This document shows, piece by piece, positions 33,043 to 43,493 of a stretch of DNA of 64,000 nt. Position numbers and translations under genes: made by a program. Source of the DNA: Pyrinomonadaceae bacterium (GTDB lineage Bacteria; Acidobacteriota; Blastocatellia; Pyrinomonadales; Pyrinomonadaceae); NCBI GenBank assembly GCA_046313635.1, contig JBKBYA010000013.1, positions 9,795 to 73,794 on the forward strand. The letters are read 5' to 3'. Position 1 is the stretch's first letter; the number at the start of each line of letters is the position of its first letter. Below the pieces are notes generated by a model, which did not search any database, was not told the DNA's origin, and worked only from the letters and a program-made list of their open reading frames with translations.

Positions 33043-33783
33043 TTAGGGCAGGCGGTAGCGGCCGTTGCGGGCGTTGCGGCGGATCTCGAGCAGCTCTGTG
33101 AACATCCGACGCGTGTCGCGAAAGACGCTGACCTTCGAGCCCTCGACGTTATTCCAGCGGACGGGGATCTCGCTCAGCCTCAGGCCGCGATACTTCGCGA
33201 CGAACAAAAACTCGACGTCGAAACCGAAGCGGTCGATCGTCATCATCGGCAGCAGGGGACGAAACTTCGTCATATCGAAAGCCTTGAATCCGCACTGCGT
33301 GTCGGCAAAATTCAGCCCGCTCATGGCGCGGATGACCAGGTTCATCACCTTGCCCCCCTGCTCGCGCCGCCACGGCTGGTGCGTGCCGATGAGGCTGCGG
33401 TCGAGAGCACGCGAGCCGAAGGCGACGTCGATCTCACCGCGGCGGATCGGGTCGACGAGCTTCGGCAGTTCTTCGATCGGCGTCGAAAGATCGGCGTCTG
33501 AAAACAGCGCGATGTCGGCCGACGCCGCCGCCAGTCCGGTGCGGACGGCGTGGCCCTTGCCGCGATTGACATCGTAGCGAATGACGCGCGAAGGAATGTC
33601 GTCATGCCCGGCAAAGATCGATCGTGCGACCTCGGCGGTGTCGTCCGACGAGCCGTCGTCCACGACGATAACCTCTGCGGCGACGCCGCTCGCCCCGATG
33701 TAATCGAGGATCTCGTCGAGCGGTCGGCCGATCCGCTCAGCCTCGTCAAAGGCGGGAATGACTATGGATACTGCCGGCTTCAT
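33043..33783 (-). CDS. Glycosyltransferase family 2 (polyprenyl-phosphate glycosyltransferase-like)
   Basis: VSIVIPAFDE..VVDDGSSDDT..FSDADLS..QCGFKAF. Confidence 0.9.
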   Translation of the reverse strand: MKPAVSIVIPAFDEAERIGRPLDEILDYIGASGVAAEVIVVDDGSSDDTAEVARSIFAGHDDIPSRVIRYDVNRGKGHAVRTGLAAASADIALFSDADLSTPIEELPKLVDPIRRGEIDVAFGSRALDRSLIGTHQPWRREQGGKVMNLVIRAMSGLNFADTQCGFKAFDMTKFRPLLPMMTIDRFGFDVEFLFVAKYRGLRLSEIPVRWNNVEGSKVSVFRDTRRMFTELLEIRRNARNGRYRLP

Positions 33784-33962
33784 CCAAACAAAAGGGAAAT
33801 GATAGAGCCTCGTTCGGCAAATGTAAATTTAGCGTTCGGCTGTCGCTCGAGCATTGCGAAAAGACGATCCGGAGCGATCCAAGTTCGACATTCGGACGGC
33901 AACGCCGCCTTCCTTTTTGGCCAACTAATATGTGCTATATTCGAATTTGCCGAAGGGGACCA

Positions 33963-35621
33963 ATGAACAAGAGATTTGGGATCATCGCACTCATCCTGGT
34001 GATCGGCGGCGGAGTCGTCGGCGGGCTGTTTGGCCGTTTGCCGCAGGCGACGTCGGCCGATAACAGCGTGACGCCGGCGAGAGTGATCGCAGACTACCGC
34101 GAGGCTCTCGACGTGATCGACAAGAATTATGTCGGGCCGGTCAGGCACGAGGAGATCACCGACAGCTCGATCCAGGGGATGCTCTTTGCGCTCGACCCGC
34201 ATTCGAGCTTTTTCACGCGTGACGAGCTGCGCAAGCTGATGGAGGAGCAAGCGTCCGAGTTTTACGGTATCGGCGTCTCGATCCTGCAGCATCACGACGG
34301 CGTTTATGTGCAGGCCGTGATCCCCAATACGCCGGCGCAGCGGGCCGGTCTCAGATACGGCGACCGCATCATCCGCGTCGACGGCAAGGACGCTCGCGAA
34401 TGGACGAGCGCCGAGGTCTCAAAGAACGTTCGCGGGCCCAAAGACACGCCGGTCAAAGTGACGGTCGAGCGAGCCGGGTCGAGCGCGCCCGTTGAGTACG
34501 AGATCGTCCGCGGAGGCGTGCCGCTGCCGTCTATCAGGAACTACTTTATGCTGCCGGACGGCGTCGGGTACATCGGATTGACCGGCGGGTTTCAGGAGAC
34601 CACGGCGGCCGAGCTCGACGACGCCGTCGCCGATCTCCGCAAGCGCGGAATGAAGAGTCTGCTGCTCGACCTTCGGGGCAATCCGGGCGGCATTCTCGAA
34701 CAGGCGATCGAGGTCGTCAGCCGCTTTATTCCCGAAAACAATGTTGTCGTCTCGGTCAAAGGCCGCACGAATTACGCTAAAGAGAGACAGCATCTCTCGC
34801 GCGGTGGTGCGACGATCGATACGCCTGTCGTAGTGCTGATCAACGGCGGTTCGGCTTCGGCGTCAGAGATCGTCGCCGGCGCTCTGCAGGACTACGGCCG
34901 CGGCCTGATCGTGGGCACCGAGTCATTTGGCAAGGGACTTGTGCAGCGCGTTTACCCGCTGCCGTACGGTACTGGGCTGACGCTGACGACGGCCAGATAT
35001 TACACGCCTTTTGGCCGAGCGCTGCAGCGCGACTATTCGGGCGGCTCGATCTACCAGTACTACATGCACGGCGACGAGCCCGAGTCGGAGGGCCAGCCGC
35101 AGAGCACGCCGCCGTCGGCACCGGCGCCGGCGGGCAGCCCCGTCGTCACGCCCGACGGCCGCAAGCTCTACAGCGGCCGCGGCATCGAGCCGGACGTTCG
35201 CATCCCGGGGCAGAATTTCAGCCAGCTGAGATCGCGTATCGCCGAGGCGTCGTTCTATTTTGTCCGTCAGCTCGTCGCGGGCCGCATCGCCGGTTTTGAG
35301 AATTACAAGGTCGACAAGCCGACCTACAAGACCGTGCTCTCGCCCGGCGAGCTCGCCGTCGGCGACAAGCTCCTCGAGGCCTTCAAGGCGTTTGCGGCGG
35401 CCGACAAGAGCCTCGGTCTTTCGGCCGAGAACGTGGCCGCGCAGCCCGATTACGCCCGGACGCGCATCAGGCAGGAGCTGGCCACCGCTAACTTCTCGAG
35501 CGAGGCCGGCGTGCAGGTGCTGCTCGAGAACGACCCGCAGATCATACGCGCCGTCGAGCTCGTACCGCAGGCGGCAAAGATGAATCAAAGCGTGGCCTAC
35601 AAACGCCCGAGCTCAAACTAG
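33963..35621 (+). CDS. S41 family C-terminal processing peptidase with PDZ domain
   Basis: PDZ (GIGVSIL..VIPNTPAQRAGLRYGDRIIRVDG), catalytic GGSASASEIVAGAL and ..FGKGLVQ... Start trimmed to MNKRFGIIAL. Confidence 0.9.
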   Translation: MNKRFGIIALILVIGGGVVGGLFGRLPQATSADNSVTPARVIADYREALDVIDKNYVGPVRHEEITDSSIQGMLFALDPHSSFFTRDELRKLMEEQASEFYGIGVSILQHHDGVYVQAVIPNTPAQRAGLRYGDRIIRVDGKDAREWTSAEVSKNVRGPKDTPVKVTVERAGSSAPVEYEIVRGGVPLPSIRNYFMLPDGVGYIGLTGGFQETTAAELDDAVADLRKRGMKSLLLDLRGNPGGILEQAIEVVSRFIPENNVVVSVKGRTNYAKERQHLSRGGATIDTPVVVLINGGSASASEIVAGALQDYGRGLIVGTESFGKGLVQRVYPLPYGTGLTLTTARYYTPFGRALQRDYSGGSIYQYYMHGDEPESEGQPQSTPPSAPAPAGSPVVTPDGRKLYSGRGIEPDVRIPGQNFSQLRSRIAEASFYFVRQLVAGRIAGFENYKVDKPTYKTVLSPGELAVGDKLLEAFKAFAAADKSLGLSAENVAAQPDYARTRIRQELATANFSSEAGVQVLLENDPQIIRAVELVPQAAKMNQSVAYKRPSSN

Positions 35622-35649
35622 CACAATACCGGCGGGCCGCGTCCAACTT

Positions 35650-35703
35650 GAGTCCGTGAGTCCATAAAGTAGAATAGTCCTTTACTTTGCGGACTCGTTT
35701 TTT
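35650..35703 (+). terminator. Intrinsic terminator after the S41 peptidase gene
   Basis: gagtccg..aaagta..tacttt..cggactc extended hairpin followed by gtttttt, ending at the pfkA start. Confidence 0.6.
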
Positions 35704-36813
35704 ATGTACAAGCAGATCGGCATTCTGACCGGCGGCGGTGACGCACCGGGGCTCAACGCGGTGATACGGGCCGTGGTGCGGACGGCTGTGCGCGAGTTTG
35801 GAATGAAGGTGGTCGGCATCGAGGACAGCTTTGAGGGCATCCTCGGCGAGCCTCACACGGTCAACCTCACGACGGCGTCGGTAAGCGGCATCCTGCCGCG
35901 CGGCGGTACCATCCTCGGCACGCGAAACCGCGGCAGCTTTGTCAAGATGGTCGACGGTCAGCCGGTGTTTCCCGAAATGCCGATCGGCGAGGCCCTCGCC
36001 AATCTCGACATTCTCGGCGTCGAGGCGCTGATCGTCGTCGGCGGCGAAGGCACGCTCGCGATCGCCGAGCAGTTTCACAAGCGCGGCTTCCCGGTGATCG
36101 GCGTGCCGAAAACGATCGATAACGATCTCGCGGCGACGGAACTCACGTTCGGATTCATGACCGCGATCGACATCGCGACCGAGGCGCTCGACCGGCTGCA
36201 CACGACCGCGGCCTCGCACGACCGCGTGATGATCCTCGAGGTGATGGGCCGGCACGCCGGCTGGATCGCGCTGCAGGCCGGGCTCGCCGGGAGCGCGGAC
36301 ATCATCCTGATCCCCGAGATCCCGTTCTCGTTCGAGTCGCTGATCAAAAAGGTCGAAGAACGCGAAAAGTCGGGCTCGCGTTTTACCAACATCGTCGTCG
36401 CCGAGGGCGCCATCGAGGTCGGAAAATCCGAGATCTATTTAGACGCGGGCCTCCGGCTCGGCGGCATCGGCGACTACGTCCGGCGCCGCGTCGAGGAGCT
36501 TACCGGCAAAGAGTCTCGCTGCGTGGTGCTCGGCCACCTTCAGCGCGGCGGCAGCCCGAACGCATTCGACCGGATGCTCGGCACAAGCTTTGGCACCTGC
36601 GCCGTGCGGGCCCTATCGGGCGGCGAGACCGGTAAAATGGTCGCTCTGCAGGCCGGACAGGTCATCACCGTGCCGCTGTCGGAAGCCTGCGCAAATCTCA
36701 AGACCGTGCCGGTCGAGGGTCAGCTCGTCAGGACGGCGCGCGACATCGGCATCTCGTTCGCGGCGCCGAACGAGGCCGACCTGCACGCCGCGCCGGCCAT
36801 CGGCGGAAGATAA
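35704..36813 (+). CDS. pfkA: 6-phosphofructokinase
   Basis: GILTGGGDAPGLNA, GGEGT, PKTIDNDL, MGRHAGW motifs. Confidence 0.92.
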   Translation: MYKQIGILTGGGDAPGLNAVIRAVVRTAVREFGMKVVGIEDSFEGILGEPHTVNLTTASVSGILPRGGTILGTRNRGSFVKMVDGQPVFPEMPIGEALANLDILGVEALIVVGGEGTLAIAEQFHKRGFPVIGVPKTIDNDLAATELTFGFMTAIDIATEALDRLHTTAASHDRVMILEVMGRHAGWIALQAGLAGSADIILIPEIPFSFESLIKKVEEREKSGSRFTNIVVAEGAIEVGKSEIYLDAGLRLGGIGDYVRRRVEELTGKESRCVVLGHLQRGGSPNAFDRMLGTSFGTCAVRALSGGETGKMVALQAGQVITVPLSEACANLKTVPVEGQLVRTARDIGISFAAPNEADLHAAPAIGGR

Positions 36814-36834
36814 GTTCAGCGTTTCATTTGTCCT

Positions 36835-37302
36835 ATGGAGGAAGTAAAAGCAAAACTGCAGGCCGAGCTGGCCTCGCTCGAAGAAGAGCTCCATCACAAG
36901 CTGCCGAAAGAGATCCAGAAGGCACGCGAATTCGGCGACCTGCGCGAGAACGCCGAGTACAAGGCCGCGCTCGAACGCCAGTCGATCGTGCAGGCCCGCA
37001 TCCGGCAGATCCACCTGCGGCTGAGCGAGGTCAAGTCGATCGATCTTTCAAAGATCCCGACCGACCGCATCGCCTACGGTTCGCGCGTCGTGCTGTACGA
37101 TCTGGATAAGGACGAAAAGGTCACGTACGAGCTCGTCACGTCTGAAGAGAGCGCTCCCGACAAGGGGTTGATCTCGACCGTCTCGCCTATCGGGCAGGCC
37201 CTGATGGGTAAAGAAGAGGGCGATACCGTGAAAGTAAAAACGCCGACCGGCTGGCGTAACTTCGAAGTTAGCCGGATCACCACGATCCACGAAAAGGAGT
37301 AA
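36835..37302 (+). CDS. greA: Transcription elongation factor GreA
   Basis: Coiled-coil N-terminus with GDLRENAEYKAA, plus C-terminal S..SPIGQALMGK..GD.V. Confidence 0.95.
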   Translation: MEEVKAKLQAELASLEEELHHKLPKEIQKAREFGDLRENAEYKAALERQSIVQARIRQIHLRLSEVKSIDLSKIPTDRIAYGSRVVLYDLDKDEKVTYELVTSEESAPDKGLISTVSPIGQALMGKEEGDTVKVKTPTGWRNFEVSRITTIHEKE

Positions 37303-37366
37303 GTACCGTCGGCGGCCGGTCGATCGCCGGCCGCTCTCTCACCGCCGGAGCTGAACGAGAACCGAG

Positions 37367-38002
37367 ATGCTGGGAGCAAGCATAGGCCGCGGTGCGATGA
37401 GCATCATCAACGCGATGGTGCGCGGGCTCGCGTCGGCGGGCGTACATCCGAATATCCTCACGTCGATCGGCGTGACGATCAATATCGGCTGCGGCGTGCT
37501 TTTCGGGCTGGGCGAATTTTTCTGGGCCGGCATCGTGCTGATCGTCGCGAATCTCTTTGACATGCTCGACGGCAGCGTCGCACGCCTGAGCGGCAACGTC
37601 ACCAAATTCGGCAGCTTCCTCGACTCGACGCTCGACCGCCTGTCGGATATGGTGGCGTTTGTCGGGATAATGATCTTTTACGCGGGCAATTCGCCGCAGC
37701 ACTCGCTGCTCAACGTCTTTCTCGCGGGCGTCGGACTGATGGCCTCGGTGCTGGTCAGTTACGCGACGGCGCGGTCGGAGGGACTGGGAGTAAAGGCGAA
37801 CGTCGGCTTTCTGCAGCGGCCCGAACGGGTCGTCCTGCTGATCATCGGAGCGCTGTCGACGTGGAACTGGGAGTCGCAGAGCTTCTTTGCCAACCGGATG
37901 CCGCAGGTGCTGTGGGTGCTCGCCGTCGGATCGGTCTGGACGCTGATCCACCGGATGTATTTTATCTGGAAGGAATTTGACAAGCTCGAGCCGCGGGCTT
38001 GA
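37367..38002 (+). CDS. CDP-alcohol phosphatidyltransferase family protein
   Basis: Signature DMLDGSVARLSGNVTKFGSFLDSTLDRLSD (D-x2-DG-x2-AR-x8-G-x3-D-x3-D). Confidence 0.85.
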   Translation: MLGASIGRGAMSIINAMVRGLASAGVHPNILTSIGVTINIGCGVLFGLGEFFWAGIVLIVANLFDMLDGSVARLSGNVTKFGSFLDSTLDRLSDMVAFVGIMIFYAGNSPQHSLLNVFLAGVGLMASVLVSYATARSEGLGVKANVGFLQRPERVVLLIIGALSTWNWESQSFFANRMPQVLWVLAVGSVWTLIHRMYFIWKEFDKLEPRA

Positions 38003-38011
38003 TGCGACGCC

Positions 38012-38446
38012 GTGCCGATGCTGGAACTGCTGATAAACTTTTGGTCCGCCCTGACGCTGCGTGACGTCTTGCTCGGCGTCGGATTGTTTTTGCTCTCGCT
38101 GGCGGCGAGCTTTGCGGCCATCGTTTTTGTGATGGTCAAGATACCGCCCGAGTATTTCAGCGTGCATCACCGGCGAGAATTCTTGCCGGGCAAGGTCTGG
38201 TACGTCCGCTACAGCGCGGTGATCGCAAAGAACGTTCTGGGAGCTTTCCTGATCGTGCTCGGGATACTGCTTTCGCTTCCCGGCGTGCCGGGGCAGGGGA
38301 TACTGACGATCCTGCTCGGGCTGATCATGCTCGACATTCCGGGCAAGCGGCCGCTCGAGGCCAAGATCATACAGCGGCCGGCGGTGCTCACGGCGGTCAA
38401 CAGGCTGCGGGCGCGTTACGGCAAGCCGCCGCTGATCATGGACTGA
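38012..38446 (+). CDS. Hypothetical membrane protein (PGPGW-like)
   Basis: TM hairpins. LPGVPGQGILTILLGL resembles the PGPGW family motif. Confidence 0.5.
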   Translation: MPMLELLINFWSALTLRDVLLGVGLFLLSLAASFAAIVFVMVKIPPEYFSVHHRREFLPGKVWYVRYSAVIAKNVLGAFLIVLGILLSLPGVPGQGILTILLGLIMLDIPGKRPLEAKIIQRPAVLTAVNRLRARYGKPPLIMD

Positions 38447-38455
38447 CGGATCGAT

Positions 38456-38740
38456 ATGTCTTTGTTCAAGAAGTTTCGGCGAAAGAGCGTGATGACCGAC
38501 GCGGATCGCCGCTCCCACCTTCGAGCGGTCGGGCGCATCACCGACGGCATCATCATCGACTGCGACGAGACGCCGAAGGGCGAGATCGTCTATTACGTCT
38601 ACACGCTCAACGGCGTCGACTTTGAATCGTCTGAACTGCTCAGCGAGGAGCAGCGCCGCGACCCGCTCAAGTACGCGCCCGGCGCAAAGGTGGGCGTGCG
38701 GTACGACCCGAAAAATCAGGGGAATTCGATGCTGGAGTGA
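38456..38740 (+). CDS. Hypothetical protein
   Basis: 94-aa ORF with tight spacing to the upstream genes. No family recognised. Confidence 0.4.
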   Translation: MSLFKKFRRKSVMTDADRRSHLRAVGRITDGIIIDCDETPKGEIVYYVYTLNGVDFESSELLSEEQRRDPLKYAPGAKVGVRYDPKNQGNSMLE

Positions 38741-38897
38741 GGGTTGGTTGTTTGTTCGTGGTTCGTTGATCGTGGTTCGTTGTTCGTTGTTCGTGGTTCG
38801 TTGTCAACCTGCGAACAATCAGCGATGAGCCACGACCGATTTACTACGAACAACAAACGACGATCAACGATCAACGATCGACGATCAACGAACAGCC
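38741..38897. repeat. Heptamer-array hairpin (unit GTTCGTT/GTTCGTG; complement CGATCAA/CGAACAA)
   Basis: gttcgtg gttcgtt gatcgtg gttcgtt gttcgtt gttcgtg gttcgtt, then loop, then ..cgaacaa caaacga cgatcaa cgatcaa cgatcga cgatcaa cgaacag. Confidence 0.8.
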
Positions 38898-38910
38898 CCG
38901 AACAAGTCCT

Positions 38911-40410
38911 ATGTTCAAAAAGATCCTTATCGCCAATCGCGGCGAGATCGCGTGCCGCGTGATCCGCGCCTGCCGCGAGATGGGCATCGCCGCGGTCGCT
39001 GTTTACTCCGATGCCGATCGTGACGCGCTGCACGTGCGGATGGCAGACGAGGCGTATCACATCGGCCCCGCCCCTTCGGCCGAGAGCTACCTCCGGGTCG
39101 AAAAGATCATCGCCGCCGCGAAACAGAGCGGGGCCGAGGCCATCCATCCCGGTTACGGTTTTTTGTCGGAGAATGCCGCATTTGTCCGCGCGGTCGAAGA
39201 GGCCGGGATAAAGTTCATCGGTCCGCCCGCCGAAGCGATGGAAAAGATGGGCGGCAAGATCTCGGCCCGCATCATCGCGATCGAGGCCGGCGTGCCCGTC
39301 GTGCCCGGCACGACCGAACCGCTCGGTTCGTTTGAAGAGGCAAAGAGCGTCGCGGCCGAGGTCGGCTATCCCGTTATGCTCAAGGCTGCGGCCGGCGGCG
39401 GCGGCAAAGGTATGAGGCTGGTCGCGTCGGAGGACGAGCTTCGCTCGGCTCTCGACACCGCGCGGTCGGAGGCGGCGTCGAGCTTTGGCGACAGCTCGGT
39501 CTACATCGAAAAGGCGGTCGTCAGGCCGCGGCACATCGAGATCCAGGTCTTTTCGGACGAGCACGGAAATCACGTGTATCTCGGCGAGCGCGAATGCTCG
39601 ATACAGCGAAGGCATCAGAAGGTGATCGAAGAAGCTCCGTCGCCGATAGACTCGGCCGAGCTCCGCGCCGCGATGGGCGAATGCGCCGTCAAGATCGCGC
39701 AGGCGGTCGGCTATGTCGGCGCGGGGACGGTCGAGTTTCTCGTCTCGGACGTTGACCGTTCATTATACTTTCTCGAGATGAATACTCGCCTGCAGGTCGA
39801 GCATCCCGTGACAGAGCTCGTTACGGGCATCGATCTGGTTCGCGAGCAGATCATGGTCGCGGCGGGTAAGGAGCTGTCGTTCAGGCAGGAGGACGTCAGA
39901 CTTAACGGTCATGCGATCGAGTGCCGGATCTACGCCGAGGACCCGGAGAATAACTTTTTGCCTTCGCCTGGCCGCATCGCACGTCTGAGGATCCCGCAGG
40001 GTCCGGGCGTTCGCGACGACGGCGGCGTCTATGAGGGAGCCGAGGTGTCGATCTTTTACGATCCGATGATCTCGAAATTTGCCGTCCATGGCCGCACACG
40101 GGCGGAGGCCGTCGAGCGAATGCGCCGGGCTCTGGCCGAATACGAGATCGGCGGGATCAAGACGACGCTGCCATTCTTTAGGCTGGTGATGGACGACGCA
40201 GAATTTGTCGCCGGCCAGATCGATACCGGTTTTATCCCGCGCTTTCTCGAGCGCATGAGGCTCGGACGGCCCTCGGGAGCGGCCGAGCTCGCCGACGTCG
40301 CGGTCCTGGCGGCGGCGCTCGCGACAACGAGAGCCTCGACCGACATGGATCAGCCCGTCGCTGCCACGAGAAGGCGTCTGAGCGAATGGGTCACGGCGAT
40401 CAGAACTTGA
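38911..40410 (+). CDS. accC: Biotin carboxylase (acetyl-CoA carboxylase subunit AccC-like)
   Basis: MFKKILIANRGEIA, ATP-grasp GGGGKGMR, EMNTRLQVEHPVTE. No accB next to it. Confidence 0.92.
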   Translation: MFKKILIANRGEIACRVIRACREMGIAAVAVYSDADRDALHVRMADEAYHIGPAPSAESYLRVEKIIAAAKQSGAEAIHPGYGFLSENAAFVRAVEEAGIKFIGPPAEAMEKMGGKISARIIAIEAGVPVVPGTTEPLGSFEEAKSVAAEVGYPVMLKAAAGGGGKGMRLVASEDELRSALDTARSEAASSFGDSSVYIEKAVVRPRHIEIQVFSDEHGNHVYLGERECSIQRRHQKVIEEAPSPIDSAELRAAMGECAVKIAQAVGYVGAGTVEFLVSDVDRSLYFLEMNTRLQVEHPVTELVTGIDLVREQIMVAAGKELSFRQEDVRLNGHAIECRIYAEDPENNFLPSPGRIARLRIPQGPGVRDDGGVYEGAEVSIFYDPMISKFAVHGRTRAEAVERMRRALAEYEIGGIKTTLPFFRLVMDDAEFVAGQIDTGFIPRFLERMRLGRPSGAAELADVAVLAAALATTRASTDMDQPVAATRRRLSEWVTAIRT

Positions 40411-40549
40411 CCCGCCGGGCGGCGGGATGTGTCGGGCCCGAAATGGATCTCGGCGTTCGCCGCGCCGAAAAATGGCTGACGCTGCGAACGCCGAGTTTCT
40501 GCCCGCTAAGATCAGAGTTTTTCTACCCCTGATCTATCGTCGTTCTTAT

Positions 40550-41485
40550 TTATCGTCCGCCGCCCGACGCGATGAAATCGACGTCCGATATACTCTCGCG
40601 CAAAGTGAAGCTCCTCTCCGGAGAAGCAAACTCATGCCCCTTGCTCGATACCGTCAAGACATAAAAGTCGTCGGTCATCACATCGTCGAACCGGTAGCTG
40701 CCGAAATTGTTGGTCACGGCGGAGCGCACCTCGCCCGTATTCATATTGCGAAGCGTCAGCCGCGCTCCTTCGATCGGCGAGCCGGCCTCGGTCCTCACCT
40801 GGCCGCCGATCGTCGCCGGGGCCGCCGTTACGCCCAACCCTGAATTTGTGAAGGTGCAGACGACGGTCTCGCCGGCCTGCAGATTGATGGTCGCCGGGCC
40901 GACCGAGTTGCGGGTGGAATCCTGCGTCATATTCTCGACGCAATCGACGTTGACCAACGTCCAGCCTCGCGGAGAGTTCGTTTCGGTGACGGTGAGGGTC
41001 GCAGTCATGCCCGGCGTCACGCTGAGAGTAGCGGACCGGAAGTCCTGGCCCGGCCCCGAATTGTCGTCGACCAGTGAAAAGGATGTGACGCCAAAATTTG
41101 GCGACGCCGAAAAGCCGAACGCGACCGTCGACGAACCCGTTCCGTCCGGAGTCACGACCTCCTTTCTGATCACGACCGTACTGCACTCGGGAGCACCTGA
41201 GTCACCCGTCGAGTCGGTCCTGCCAGCAAGTGCCTGACCTGCGTCAGAGGCCGCGCTACTTCCGCCGACAAAGAGGGAAGGATGGGTGTCGGTCGACCTG
41301 AGATGCGTCCAAAATGGGGCCGCTACGCGCGTATCCCATTTTAAGAAGCCCTTACTGTCAAGCCCCTCCTGCACCGCCGCTTGGCCGAACGCCAACGAGG
41401 CCCCAAAAAACAAAACCACGGCCAACGTCCCCAAACGCCCCGCGGTCAAACCTCCAAATGACAAATTAACGCGTGAAAGTAACAT
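40550..41485 (-). CDS. Secreted protein: prealbumin-like (SpaA/Cna-B-type) domain plus C-terminal carboxypeptidase-regulatory-like domain
   Basis: Signal peptide. ..TVTETNSPRGWTLVNVDCV..GETVVCTFTN.. then GGQVRTEAGSPIEGARLTLRNMNTGEVRSAVTNNFGSYRFDDV. The tail is shared with the 42039 and 44094 genes. Confidence 0.7.
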   Translation of the reverse strand: MLLSRVNLSFGGLTAGRLGTLAVVLFFGASLAFGQAAVQEGLDSKGFLKWDTRVAAPFWTHLRSTDTHPSLFVGGSSAASDAGQALAGRTDSTGDSGAPECSTVVIRKEVVTPDGTGSSTVAFGFSASPNFGVTSFSLVDDNSGPGQDFRSATLSVTPGMTATLTVTETNSPRGWTLVNVDCVENMTQDSTRNSVGPATINLQAGETVVCTFTNSGLGVTAAPATIGGQVRTEAGSPIEGARLTLRNMNTGEVRSAVTNNFGSYRFDDVMTDDFYVLTVSSKGHEFASPERSFTLRESISDVDFIASGGGR

Positions 41486-41759
41486 GTCTAACCCCCCAGT
41501 GTTCGATGAATTACCGATGACAGTTTCGGGCCGACCTTCGCGTCTGGATGATTCGCAGCTTCCTGCCCGACCTGACTCGTAGATTCACTATATCATCAAT
41601 AAAATCGACTTCCGAATATTTGGCTGAGTGAGGGTTCTTTGAGACTTTGCACATGAGCGGAAGCGGTACGGTTCCGACGGGGTCAGCATCCCTGACGCCA
41701 ACGGCGTGGGTGGGTACCAATGACAACATAAACGTAAACCTCGCCTAATTGTTACCAGT

Positions 41760-41963
41760 CTAAACGGAAGTTTTCGGGTCGATGAGAACTGGTCTGTGCG
41801 ATTCGCTTGGAGGAGCTCCTCCGAGCGAATAGTGCGGACGGCGATGGTTGTAGAAGTCTATCAATCGCGACGTCAGTCCTCGCACCTGGTCCAAACTGTC
41901 AAAGATGAACATATCGAGAATTTCCTGTCGATGTGAAAAGCCACCACCCCCGATCTGCGCCAA
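41760..41963 (-). pseudogene. Relic of a DDE (rve-type) transposase, C-terminal ~55 aa only
   Basis: ..FDSLDQVRGLTSRLIDFYNHRRPHYSLGGAPP.. matches the conserved end of the integrase-core domain (YN..RPH.sLgg..P). The catalytic region is absent. Confidence 0.6.
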
Positions 41964-41970
41964 AAAACAG

Positions 41971-42002
41971 AAAAAAATGAGGCCGCCTTTTCAGACAGCC
42001 TC
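41971..42002 (-). terminator. Intrinsic terminator after the 42039..43493 gene
   Basis: Minus strand: gaggctg-tctgaaaag-cggcctc followed by attttttt. Confidence 0.6.
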
Positions 42003-42038
42003 TTTCTGATCAAGCAGGATAGCTAGCCTGCGTTACTT

Positions 42039-43493
42039 TTAATTATCCGACTTAGGGATGCTTGAGCGAAAAAGCGGCGTAGCAGCATTTTCACCGTTTG
42101 CTATGAAGTTCACATCCGATACACTCTCGCGAAGTGTAAAAGTCTGAGTCGAGTTGAAGAACGTGTAACCCTTACTTGTGACGCTAAGATTGTATACATC
42201 GTCCGTCATTACATCCTGGAACGTGTACCGACCGAATGTATTCGATCGAGTGTAAAACGTCTCACCGGTCGACAGATTCGTCAGCGTGAGTAACGCACCA
42301 CGGATCGCAACTCCTTCACTCGTCATTACACTACCGGATATCTCCGCCGGAGCGGCCGTCGGAGTAAGGCGAGTGTTCTTGAAGATACACTCGGCTATGT
42401 TGCCCTCGAGCGGGTTGTACGTTACGGTCCGGGTATTAAAGTCCGTTGTAATCGTTCCAACAGCGCCCAAGCCTCCTGGGGAAATCGTACACGAAAGGTC
42501 CAATAGCGAGTAATTGAGCGGCTGGGGATTGTTTTCGGTCACCGTGTAGTTCACGCTAGATCCGAACGTCGTAATGTTATTGAACGTTGCGCTTCCGCCA
42601 GCCAACTCTGCGGGGTCGGTATCCATTAATGAAAACGCGGATGGAGTAAGCCCCGAGGTGGTGAACCCGAAGCTTACAAAATTGTTACTGTACGACAGAG
42701 GGCTAGCGTTGTACACGAGTTTCGTGATTCTAAGAACGGCTGGGTAGATCACCGCCGCGGCTGCCAGCGAACGGTCCTGATTTCCGCCCGAGCCATCCAG
42801 GTCGATCACTCGAGTGTGATAAGGAGAGCCGGAGATAGCGATTGCCGAGTTATTAACGCCCCAGTCAATTCGAGTAGCGATATGGCCACCCCAAGCCAGG
42901 ACAACAGTCGATTGCGTGGCATTGAATGTAATTGTTATGCGCGTCGAGCTGTCGCCGGCGTAGCTGCCTGTCAGCGTATATGCAGAAAGGCTGGTGATCG
43001 AACCGCCCCACATTGAGAAATTTCCTGCAATCGGGGTTACTCCGCCGCCCGTAACATTCGGATCAACTGGAATCGGGAAGTTAGTCGGAGACCCGCCGCA
43101 TGGGGCAACGCCGCTGCAGGGGTCACTGCCAATATTCACTGTCCGATCCCAGCTAGTAAGATAGTCGATCGCGTGTTTTCCGCTTTTGGTGGTATCCCAT
43201 CCGATCGTGAGTGAATGCGAGCCGAGGCTCAGGTTCGTCATCACGACGCGATACGGAATCGAGTCGCCCTCATAATACTTCGCCTGATTCGAATTTACGT
43301 TGCCGTTTTGCCATTGTGCGTTAAGACACGCCAGATCCCCATTAGATCCGTTTGCACATTGGTCAATGTCAGCTGCCGGATTGGGCATCAGCGATTGTGC
43401 AGATACGTCTGTGCCCGCAGCGGCCGCGAGAACCAAAATCGCTGAGGCGATCACCAATTTACTGAACAACATTTTTAACTGGGAAAACTTCAT
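42039..43493 (-). CDS. Secreted protein: unknown N-terminal beta-rich domain, prealbumin-like domain and C-terminal carboxypeptidase-regulatory-like domain
   Basis: AGGAGGGG SD and signal peptide. C-terminal 170 aa colinear with the 40550 protein (FGRYTFQDVMTDDVYNLSVTSKGYTF..FTLRESVSDVNFIA). GC visibly lower than the surroundings. Confidence 0.75.
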   Translation of the reverse strand: MKFSQLKMLFSKLVIASAILVLAAAAGTDVSAQSLMPNPAADIDQCANGSNGDLACLNAQWQNGNVNSNQAKYYEGDSIPYRVVMTNLSLGSHSLTIGWDTTKSGKHAIDYLTSWDRTVNIGSDPCSGVAPCGGSPTNFPIPVDPNVTGGGVTPIAGNFSMWGGSITSLSAYTLTGSYAGDSSTRITITFNATQSTVVLAWGGHIATRIDWGVNNSAIAISGSPYHTRVIDLDGSGGNQDRSLAAAAVIYPAVLRITKLVYNASPLSYSNNFVSFGFTTSGLTPSAFSLMDTDPAELAGGSATFNNITTFGSSVNYTVTENNPQPLNYSLLDLSCTISPGGLGAVGTITTDFNTRTVTYNPLEGNIAECIFKNTRLTPTAAPAEISGSVMTSEGVAIRGALLTLTNLSTGETFYTRSNTFGRYTFQDVMTDDVYNLSVTSKGYTFFNSTQTFTLRESVSDVNFIANGENAATPLFRSSIPKSDN